Shown here piece after piece: positions 24,849-34,634 of a DNA stretch of 64,000 bases. Made by a program: the position numbers and the translations under genes. The stretch's first letter is position 1. Every line of letters starts with the position of its first letter. Below the pieces are notes generated by a model. That model had not been told where the DNA came from, made no database searches, and saw only the letters and a list, made by a program, of their open reading frames with translations. Source of the stretch: Rhizodiscina lignyota (lineage: Eukaryota); assembly GCA_010015805.1 (NCBI GenBank), contig ML978127.1:1488001-1552000 (forward strand). The letters run 5' to 3'.

Positions 24849-26264
24849 TTAAATTAGTACAACATGCTGAGGGGTCGTATCTGGCAGTAGAGCATCAATC
24901 TACCCACCTATGAGCCCATGTACATAGCATTCACCAATGAACTCGAAGCGGTGCGCTATAACCTCTCTTGGCATGTAGAGTACCTGTCCACCAGCTAAAG
25001 CTGCAACAATATGTCAGGAGGTACCCAGAACGTCCTAGCGCGTGAGCACGTGCATTCGTGTAATTATAGAATTTCTTCTTCACAGATTTCTCTCTTCAAT
25101 CAATCCACGAGATTCACAAATTCGTGCTTGCTACGTTCCTCTCCGATACAATATCTTGGGGTCTGGTTGCAGCTGGCGCAACTGCCATGTAACCCCTGTG
25201 AGTGGCTGCCAGTCTCCGTACAAAGCACGTCTGGGAAAATGTAATGTCCATCCCATACCTTATACCCCTATCTTCAGGCGTCATCGTGTCAAGACGTTGC
25301 GGAAAAAGACTCTAGTCAATATTGCCGCCGCGACTTACATCGTTCAAATCCACGCCCTTGTGTATGTCGGCCAGTACCGTGGTGCGGAAAGCTTCGTTGT
25401 ATTTTTCAGTGTCTTTGACCATCGACGACCATCTACGAACTCCCTCTCATCCTGGCTCCTCCCGTATACTCGAGAGCTTTGCTATCCCGTCTACAAGGAT
25501 TCCACTGAGATGCAGCTCATGCTTCACGATGTGTGCGTTGCAGCGTTGAAAGGAATCTTGCATCCGGATGCGTTACAAGCATCGGCGTCTGATGGCCTAA
25601 GGCATTTCCTAAGCGGCACAACTTCAAGACGCTCTCGCTAGTCAGGTACCAAGGAAGGCATCTTTTCCTCGGCACATGCACGTTGCATGTGGCGCGATTT
25701 ATCTACAGGATGGACGACGTAGCCAAGGACGTCCAGACTTCGAGCTCTTTCCAGGTATAGAGACACAACTTCTTCATATATGTCGGTAGTAGAGCGCGAG
25801 TAATCCGGTAACGATTCGTTTGGACCAACATCCGTCGCCAGATTACGAGGAGCAAATACCTTGTCCCGTGAATCGGTACATTTCGTGGTCCGAGTCGAGT
25901 GCAGCAGTTGTATGAGGCGAGAGGCGGCGGAAAGGAATATCTTGTCGAACCAAGCATCTCCACCACAGTAACGCGTTTCTGAGGGGCCTGTTGCCTCCTG
26001 TTGAATCCAAGTGCGTGTCCAGTAGCGCTAGTTGAACATCTCCATGATCCCGCACCAGCCCTTGTACGTGTCGCTGCCAGGGAATGGAAATAGAGACGGG
26101 TCATCTGCAGACAACTCGGTAGAGCCAGCATTCATGACTAATTGGTATTGTACTAAAAGAGCTTGGCCACTAATTTTCTCACCGCCGTACGTGTGGCCTC
26201 GCGACTTCCTACCTTCTAACGTCTGTCTCTCATACCTGTCACAGACAGACCATGCTACTGTCAC
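24849..26264 (-). pseudogene. het-6-like HET protein, C-terminal part, decayed
   Basis: WCGIMEMFN*RYWTRTWIQQE (end of HET domain); KCTDSRDKVFA...PDYSRSTTDIYEE; MPSLVPD* (LPSWVPDW-like); FEFIGECYVHGL...HVVLI* terminus; several stops and frameshifts. Confidence 0.8.
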
Positions 26265-26460
26265 ACTGCCATTGCTTTAGCGGCCCTCCGCTGCTCCCTG
26301 TTGAATAACAATCTGGTTGAGACGCCGTTTTCTTACTAATGCAGGACGCTGAAAGCTCCAGGAGACGATGCTGAACTGCGAAATAACTTGTCCGTCTGTT
26401 GTGTACGATAGCTCAAGGAGGGACGTTGCCATCAAATTCAAGAGCGCCCCGTTACATTCG

Positions 26461-27540
26461 TCAATCATTTGCGGAAGGCCTCTTATGGTCTGCAGGTACG
26501 ACGACTTTTTCTTCGTAGTCTGGTTGAACGGCAAGGTCGCCGCTACGCCGCCTTCGAACCCATTCGCGTATCTTTCCAAAATCGCGGCACACGTGCGTCA
26601 CATCAGAGTCGGCAAAGTTGCGGTCCTTGGACTTGTAGTATCTTGTGCCGTAGACTGTTATGTCGCCGGTGCACATTACGTATTGGCGTATCTCGTCTAT
26701 GCAGTGATCTGTCACAACGGTTAATGAAAGATCGACACTGATGAAACTCGGCTTACTGCGGTGTCTAATAGACTCGTCTGTCGTCTCTATCCCGTAGTGC
26801 TCAGCGTGGAAGTATTGGTAGATCCTCGCCTTCACATTGTCACAGCATTAAATCTCGGGCTTCATAGTGCGCACATGGATGCTCACCAGACAGTGAAGGG
26901 TATGGAACATGCTCAACCCGACATAGTATCCTCCTTTGGCGTTGTCCCAGTGTAATTCATAATCGGATGTCCACAACGCCTTAGCTTCCTCCTCTGAGAT
27001 GAGGAAATCCCTCCCTATTCCGTAAAACATAGTCAGATGGAGCACGACGACCACACGATAGGAGCAGTTACACACCTCCAACCAATGCTAGCCAAGCCGC
27101 ATCAATCTCTGGGCTTGGCTCGCCAGTGTACGTGACGTTGCCGGGATTTGGCGTGAAGAGAGTGCCGTCTTCGTAGACCGACGGGTCTCCAGTGAATTGG
27201 ACGCCAACAATATCAATATGCTTCCTTGAATCGGCTTTCAGCTCCATTAGTCTCGCTGTCCTTTCCCCTAGTTCCAATCTACCGAGTAACTCTTACGAAG
27301 TTCAGTGCTCCATCCGGCTTCGAACGATCCATATCCATTTTGCTCGCCGACATCTCGTAGGTTGGACCAAATTAAAAAACAAATAAGCAGAGTCGTGGTC
27401 GAGGCAAAGAAAATGGTCAAAATTTTCCAAATGGGCGAGGACTTTCGGAACGATCGTTGCTCAGAAGCCAATAATGTGCTTGTCTCGGAATCCGATTCTA
27501 ATGTTGAAGCAATCTTTTCAAAATTTTCACCGGCCATCAT
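26461..27540 (-). CDS. DUF3328/UstYa-like oxidase #1 (5 exons)
   Basis: N-terminal TM anchor; YTGEPSPEIDAAW; FHTLHCL; spliced HRNHCIDEIRQYVMCTGDIT; THVCRDFGKIREW. Both HxxHC motifs are intact. Confidence 0.9.
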
Positions 27541-27960
27541 AATCGCGAATGAGTACGAAAGTAGCGTTCTTCTCGTTAAGAGGTACTATGCACACCGCCA
27601 TGATCAGAGACCTAGTTGCAGATACCTTTTGAAGCAAAGGGCATTCGCGCGAGATGCAGGTAATCGCGCAGGATTCCGCATGGCAGTATCTCCGTGCTCG
27701 CTTAGATTAAATCTCACCTCATCATGAGTCCACATTCTTAATAGCTCTAATTAGCGTTGGCGGGAACGAGATTAAAGGTTCAAAGTGCTAATCTAGTAAA
27801 ACACTCGGAAGACGGTCGACCTTCGATTACATCAGTGCTCTTGAGAACGGAGATAGCACGGAAGAAGAGATATAGAACTTGTGGATCATTGTTCTTGCTT
27901 TAGCTAATTCTTGTACTGTCAAATCGACCGAGTCGACTTCTCATAGACTTGTGCGTCAAA

Positions 27961-28785
27961 ATGCGGGAGTGGAGAAATCAGGCTAGAATTCATCGGCGTT
28001 CTCTAAGGCTTGTCATTGCTCTGCTGCTTCTTCTGCTCAGTCTGGCTACCCTGTACGCCAGGACTGTTGTAATCCCTACTCAGCGCCAGTGCCAGAACCG
28101 CATGTTCCTATATTCTCCTGCTTCAGATCATGTTCATTACCAGTGGACGAATTTCAAAAAGTTTTACTATCCGCCATCCGAGCTCGTTGGTCCTCCTACA
28201 CCTGAGCGGGAGCAGCTCTGGGACGAATATGTTCCAAGTATGTCTATGTTCTCGCCAATATATTAGAATTGTAGAACTGACGAAGATTGCAGACTCTATC
28301 GTATCGGTTCCATACGATCGAATCAGTGAACTAGGCCATGTCAATAACGAAAATTGGTGGGCTGTCGCCCCAGAAGCAGGAGGAGGCGTCGCGGCTGTGC
28401 TGGCTGTCGACTACCAGCTGAACTGCCTGGTAAGACCAGATCGAGAACTTATGTTGTTGTGCGTAGAATTAATCTGCGGTAGTCACTCCTCCACAGATAC
28501 CTATACAAGTCAGCGTACAAGCACATGTTCAACCATAGTCAAGTCTCTGAGCACCGGCTCAAGGCTCAGAAAAACCTCTGTTTGGAGGTCCTGCGACAGG
28601 AGTTGACATGCTACGCTGATCCCACATTGTATCTCAACTGGAGGAACCCGAAGTCTCAGAAGAATGCTGCGGCTGATCTTGGATCGTGGCACAAGTGCAG
28701 AGACTATGATGCAATAAGGGATTGGGCGTGGTCACACAGGATCTACAATTTGCATGTATCAAATGTATTAGACCTTACAGTGTGA
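27961..28785 (+). CDS. DUF3328/UstYa-like protein #2 with degenerate HxxHC motifs (3 exons)
   Basis: TM anchor; YSPA; GPPTPEREQLWD; VDYQLNCL; QKNLCLEVLRQELTCYADPT; HKCRDYDAIRDW. The frame is intact across GTATGT/CAG and GTAAGA/TAG introns. Confidence 0.85.
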
Positions 28786-28828
28786 GAATGTTATGAAAAT
28801 CCGTACACAAGCAGTTGAGATAAGTATA

Positions 28829-29799
28829 TCATTCTGCTGTTCCCGCGAAGTGTACAGGCAAGGTATTTTCCCTCCCATATCTCATGATATTGTCCCAGTT
28901 ACGACACTTTGCACTTTTGTTCAAGTTTAGTCTCATGTGATGCATGTCCGAATGTAGATCCCGCTCGATGAGATATGGGGTCACATCAGCGTTGCAGTGT
29001 ATAATGCTCCGTATGTTCTCAATACAGTGCTCGACATGTTCAAAGAGGACGTCCGGGGCCTGGTACCAAAACCTCCGGTCACTGAAATCGTAAGAGTCCT
29101 TGAACGTATACTGGCGGAGGAGAGACTATGTAAAAGTTTAGCATTATGATCTTGTAACCACTTGGCTTGACTTACCAAGCAATGGAGACGATGGTAGCCC
29201 TCATACAGAGCTCCTATCTTGCCTCCGTATCGTGGTTTGTCGCTGTCAAGATGCACCCACTGCACTTCGTTCGACTTGTTGAGGAGGTTAACTTTGTCAT
29301 CATCGATGCCTATGGCGCCATCTGTCTCAGGTCAGGAACAGCCCCTCATTGGATGGTGCGAATAAATGAATACAGTTCCAAAGTTCGTCCCATGCAGCCT
29401 CCACCTCGTCTGATGGAGGAGACGTATAGACGCTCTGGACTGACGGGTCGAGACTCGTCCATTCGTACTTGAAAGTTTCTATCATTGGTGCTGTTACGTA
29501 TCGGGTAAGCTGGAAATTCTGGGGATGCTGTAATGTTGAGACGGCGACTTACACCAATGGAACATCCTCGCGGTACACTTCTGATCAAGGTCGCCAGGAA
29601 GAAAGGAAAGGATGAATATGCATAGTGCTGCGACAATAAAAGCAGCTGGAGACCATGTGAAAATCATATCCAATGCATCCCGTGAATAAATTGACATGAA
29701 GGATAGGCTTTCTTGAATTCCCAAACCATGAGAGTCGAGTAGCGCCTTCTCGGAGTCGTCCGCTTCAGAGGTACTTCGTAAACGAAGATAGGGAGTCAT
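28829..29799 (-). CDS. DUF3328/UstYa-like oxidase #3 (4 exons)
   Basis: TM anchor; WSPM; SPPSDEVEAAWDELW; YHRLHCL; HVEHCIENIRSIIHCNADVTP; KCRNWDNI. Confidence 0.9.
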
Positions 29800-30377
29800 T
29801 ATGGTAGCTGCTATGTCTGTGTCTTTCGGGCTCGATAGATGACAGCGTTTTATCAAAATTCTATAGCCTATCCTCGGCGCAGTCGCTGTATACGCTAGAA
29901 ACGTCAAAAGTTAACTTGTCGTTTCAGTCTCGATGGAACCTTATCTCAAAAGAATACCTGCCCGTGCGTGATTGCTGAAGGTGTCCTATTTTATTATCAA
30001 TATCCCGATTTCCGCTAATCTCATACCTAGAGGCGTGATGACATGAGATTGATTTCCGTCGATTTCCGGAAACTCTCCCAGAACACTTTTGGTCAAGCAT
30101 TGACTCGCGCGAGAGCATCTAAAACGAGCTAAACAACTTGGTTTCCTGTCAGGATGCCCATCCTGGTACGTGAGTACGTGCATTCGAATATTATAGCCTT
30201 CCTCTCCCTCAGTGATTTCACTTTCTTGCAGTCAATCCACGATATTTGCTACTTCGTGAATCGTGCTCGCTACGTGCTCCGATATTTCCCCCTATAAGAG
30301 TTTCAATATCCAGCTGCTCTTGTCTCTACATTATACGAATCGATTATTCCGCAAGCACATCACATCCACATCTCAAG

Positions 30378-30598
30378 ATGAAGGCGTACATCACTATTAT
30401 CATTGCAGCCTTTTGCTCCATGATCGCTGCAGCGCCGGTCAGCCAGGGTACACTTCGTCTAATCTCTACAATGTAACAATTGAGCGAATACTAACCTTTA
30501 TACGAGTAGTCTCTTCCGCCGGTACTTCGGTAGCCAGTGAAAATCTTGCCATTCGCGAGGTTGTTGAAGAATACGATGGGGATGCGGAGAGCTGGTGA
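30378..30598 (+). CDS. Putative RiPP precursor peptide, 52 aa, 2 exons (30378-30447, 30510-30598)
   Basis: Spliced: MKAYITIIIAAFCSMIAAAPVSQVSSAGTSVASENLAIREVVEEYDGDAESW*. Signal peptide ends AAA-P; LxxR site; acidic Tyr/Trp C-terminal segment; CTAAC branch point; divergent from DUF3328 #3. Confidence 0.75.
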
Positions 30599-31003
30599 AG
30601 AGGAATAATAGTGACAAATACTCTTCGGAGAGAATCGTGTCACTTGAGGAACCCGTCAGAACAACTGAATCTTATGTACTAGTTCATTAGTTTGGCGAAT
30701 TCGGTGCCTCGTGTGAGAATGTGAGAGGTCTACATACTCCGTGTCTGTCTTTGTGTTGATTGCCGACGTGATCTTGAAGAAAGCGCGCTCAACGTTCAAG
30801 TACAATCGATTAAGGAAGGAGAGTCGCCAGAGGGTGGCAGAAAGGCTAATATGCTGATAGAATCAACGCGCTAACTGGTGAAATGCGAACGAACGAATTT
30901 GCCGGGTCCAACTAGTCAGATGCGTATAATTAGGCACCTCAAGAAATTGAGGTACAGGCCGCAGGAATCCGAGGTGTGTCATTATGGTTCGATGGGAATA
31001 CAT

Positions 31004-31294
31004 ACAGACAGCATCGACGTACAAGCGGTATTTAGAGCTGCGTAAGTGTCTAAACATATGGCGTAGCGCGTCGTGTAGATTCTCTTGGACTGAAAAGACT
31101 TCTCCGTTAAGTTTAATGTTGTATTTCGTATCAAGAGGACGGCCTCTCCGGTATGGTGCTGGGCCCCATGTGTAAGAAAGCGCAACGTACGTTGGCGCTT
31201 CATTGATCTCATGTGTCTCGAGGGCGAAAGCAAAGTCATCACCCTCTAAAGGACACAAAAGTCGAAACCCCCTCTGCATCAGAGCCTTGTACAT
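31004..31294 (-). pseudogene. het-6-like HET protein, N-terminal exon only
   Basis: MYKAL...FRLL...APTYVALSYTWG...VQENLHDALRH...LYVDAVC, then a GTATGT donor. No recognisable INQ/QV..M..IY continuation follows. Confidence 0.75.
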
Positions 31295-31807
31295 GTTGAA
31301 GAGTAAACAGAGAAGCTTCGAATACCGTCGCTACAAACTTCAAACCTCAAGGCTGCAACTCACGTGGCGACTCTTGGTACCAGGTACGATATTTTGGCCG
31401 CACGTGTCCCAGGAGCAGACGCCAGCTGGCAATGGCGGCATTGTTGGCAGGGAAAGGAACGACTCATGATAGATTTCACATAGAGAGATACATCAAAAGC
31501 CATTGAGGCGACGGAAGTGTAGAACTGCCATTAAGATAGGAGTATTGAGACACGTCGTCTGACGAGGAACACGTTAAGTTGATCACTTTCAAAGTACCCT
31601 GTGGCGGTGCAAGCCCCTGAGCTAGCCCCACGCCCAGTCTTGGACTCTTGGAAAGCCACCCCTGGACGCCTTCCGTCATAAGGCGCCCGCCGTAATCCTA
31701 CCACCTACATACCTGCTAAAACTCCACGCGCTACTGTCAAGTTCCGAATCCAGTGGAAAACAGTCAATAAACTCCTCTCATGTGCTAGAGCCCTACGGCA
31801 ATTGCGG

Positions 31808-32992
31808 ATGTTTCGACCGTCTCACCACGCAAACGACTCGCGAACCGCATTCAGGAACCCATGGCCGTCAGCGCAGCCGCCAACATGGGCAGATTTTACC
31901 TCCATGTCCCTCCCGTTCAGCTGGTATCCGAAAGACTCGCCAGTTGAACGGCCTCCTATCAAAGTCGTCGCTCCAGACTGGGGCGCCTCCAAACTTAAGA
32001 ACCAGAGCACCACGGACTACGTTGTCGGCACATGGCTCGGCCACGCCAGCGTTCTGGTGGAATTCAAGCCTCTGTCATCTACAGTCAAGAACAAAAGCCT
32101 CTACGCTTTGTTCGACCCCATGTTCTCTATGCGCGCTGGGCCAACACAGTATACTGGCCCGTCGCGATTCAACAAACCGCCGTGCAGCATCTCTGACCTT
32201 CCCGGATGTGACGTGGTATGCATATCACACAGCCACTTTGACCATCTGGACACTTCGACGGTGCTGCAAATAATCCGGTATTTCCCATCCGCGAAATGGT
32301 TTGTGCCTCTGGGGCTCCAGGAGTGGTTTGTCACGACCGGTGTCAAGGCAGAAAACGTCAAAGCGATGGACTGGTGGGACACCTGGGATGGATTTACCTC
32401 GAAGAAACTGATCGGCAAAGCCTCATCTTCGTTCAGGATTTCCTGCGTTCCGGCGCAACATAATTCTGGACGGGGAGCATTTGACCAGGGGAGCACGCTG
32501 TGGTGTGGATGGGTTATTGAACGGTTCGTCGAAGACGCCGAGGGCAGGACCAGACATGGCTCAATCTACCATGCTGGAGATACTGGATACCGGCGTTCAG
32601 CGGCATCCAAGGACGTCTGCCCCGCCTTCAAAGAGATTGGCAGCAAGTTCAATGGCTTCGATCTATCGTTTATTCCGATATGGCGAGGCGGCAGTCTCGG
32701 CTTCATCTCCTACATCGGCCTCCGTCTAAACCATCACGAGATCCCCGCACAATTCCATTGCTCTCCGGCAGACGCTGTCTTGATCCACAAAGATACAAAG
32801 TCACGCAATACGATCGCTATACATTTCGGCACTTTCGTTGGCTCGCAAAACGAATCGAACGAGGCGTTGAAGGAGTTTTATACGGCAATGAAAGATGAGG
32901 ACGTACAGACTCTAGATAGTCAAGGCCCCAATCCGAACGGTCGGGCAGGAGCTGTTGATATTGGTGAGAGCCTTCCCATCGAAGTAGACTGA
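31808..32992 (+). CDS. NAPE-PLD/Fmp30-like metallo-beta-lactamase-fold hydrolase
   Basis: FRNPW; TWLGHAS; FDPMFS; ISHSHFDHLD; PAQHNSGR; YHAGDTGY; IHFGTF. Confidence 0.9.
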   Translation: MFRPSHHANDSRTAFRNPWPSAQPPTWADFTSMSLPFSWYPKDSPVERPPIKVVAPDWGASKLKNQSTTDYVVGTWLGHASVLVEFKPLSSTVKNKSLYALFDPMFSMRAGPTQYTGPSRFNKPPCSISDLPGCDVVCISHSHFDHLDTSTVLQIIRYFPSAKWFVPLGLQEWFVTTGVKAENVKAMDWWDTWDGFTSKKLIGKASSSFRISCVPAQHNSGRGAFDQGSTLWCGWVIERFVEDAEGRTRHGSIYHAGDTGYRRSAASKDVCPAFKEIGSKFNGFDLSFIPIWRGGSLGFISYIGLRLNHHEIPAQFHCSPADAVLIHKDTKSRNTIAIHFGTFVGSQNESNEALKEFYTAMKDEDVQTLDSQGPNPNGRAGAVDIGESLPIEVD

Positions 32993-33646
32993 ATCATCCG
33001 ACTATTGGAGTTTATGGTGGCAGGAAACAGCATGCATCAATACCCGTATATCAGTACATACATCAATGACGATTCTATTTTACTCTGGAATGCCCAACTT
33101 GAGCAACGCTGAGCTTAGGCGGCAACAGTGGCTCACGTAGCGCCAGGCCTTCCATGGTCCATACATTGAACAGACGATTTCTGCGCGTCTTTTTTGAGAA
33201 CTTTACATCCTTCGTTAGATACTTCTGTGCTTCCATATGCGTTGCCGTTCTAAGTAGTGGCAGTGCAGTCTAGGCCAAAAATGAGCTAGACGTGATTTTT
33301 CTCACAAACATACAATACGGTGCTAACCACTCTCGTAAAGGCCAAACAGGACATATCCTGAAGGCAAGCTCATGGCCACTTAATACAGTTTCTGAAAAGC
33401 CTAGGGTCCTAAAGAGAGGTAAGCCACAGTCCGCTACTTCGTACAGTACTCTAAGTCTGGGACCGGGGCAGACCCTGACGGAAATCCGGTTTGAGCTTTC
33501 TGCCCTCACCCATGCGCGCAAGAGGTTGATCCCGAGTGTGACGTCACGCGCTATTGGTAGGTAGAAAAGTATATCACCTCAACTCGATCCTTCGGAGGGG
33601 ACTCCATTATTGAAAAAAAAAATTTGAAAAATAGTTAACTGTAAAC

Positions 33647-34353
33647 ATGCCATCGAAGGAACAAGCGTTGACGAGGAAGCAGGCGCAGGAGGTGGCTCCT
33701 GTGCAGCAACAATCGCAAGAAGTGGCCGCGGCGAGAAACCAGGCCGCGAGAGATGTAGAGGAGTACGAAGCACATGGAAGTGCAAGTGCACAGGTGCGTA
33801 CCCTTTTAAATAAGCTTTTAAAAAGGGTTTTATCAAGTTAACAAACTCTGTTTAATATTTATCATTGCGTCTGCATTTTCCTTCATTTCATACCTCCTGC
33901 TAGAATTCGTACGCTGCCTCCAGCTGTCACGCGATCCTTGTCTCCATTTAGATACAGATGCACCCCCATTCAGCTTTTCCTAACTCCATTTCCCAGGCTG
34001 GCCTCAATCTCAACATCTTCGCCGCCTTCTCCGGCGCCTTCAGCGGCAAGCGCAAGACCACGCGAGACACGAAAGCCGACGGCTCCTCACACGAAGTGAT
34101 CGACGAGGAGGGCCATGGCCACGCACGCGGCGCTGCCACGGGCAACATGCAAGCGTATGGAACCGCACAGGAGCAGAGCGCTGTGAGACGTAAGTTACCT
34201 CGTTCCCCAATAGGCTTTTGTTAGCAGGGGAAGCGCTAATGGCCGCGACCAGATCAAAAAGGCAAGCATGCCATAGAACAGAAAAAGGCGAAGCAGACGC
34301 AGCAGGTGGACCATTTGGGTATTGAGGGACTCATCGAGGGACCGAAAAGATGA
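33647..34353 (+). CDS. Small hydrophilic hypothetical protein (3 exons)
   Basis: MPSKEQALTRKQAQ...GSASAQ|AGLNLNIFAAFSGAFSGK...AVR|HQKGK...LGIEGLIEGPKR*; canonical GT-AG introns with CTAAC/CTAAT branch points. Confidence 0.7.
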
Positions 34354-34634
34354 GAAATTATGAATGAACTTCGTGTAAAGAATTTTGTACAGTGCCGTAT
34401 CGGAGTTGGAGTTCGCTTTGAGATATTCAATTTTTGCAAGCTACCAGATGCTATTGCTGCATGAGGGGGGAATGGAGAAAAAGGCGACCAAAGGACGCTG
34501 AGAACGCCATGCTCACAGCAATTTGGATATATTACAAAAAAAAACAATCCAATGCCTTGTCCCTTTTACCGTTCCAAACTTGTAGCTCCGTTGCTCCAAA
34601 ATAGAGTCAAGCCGACGCCTTCGCTATCATCCAT

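Noticed and set aside
25042..25641. 199-aa plus-strand ORF
   Set aside because: Antisense shadow of the het-6-like pseudogene.
31808..32992. NAPE-PLD-like gene as a member of the RiPP cluster
   Set aside because: It lies outside the HET N-terminal fragment that bounds the cassette and belongs to a widespread housekeeping family.
23000..33000. Classical KR-repeat (KEP) precursor for the DUF3328 genes
   Set aside because: No repetitive KR-delimited ORF was seen near the cluster; only the single-core peptide.
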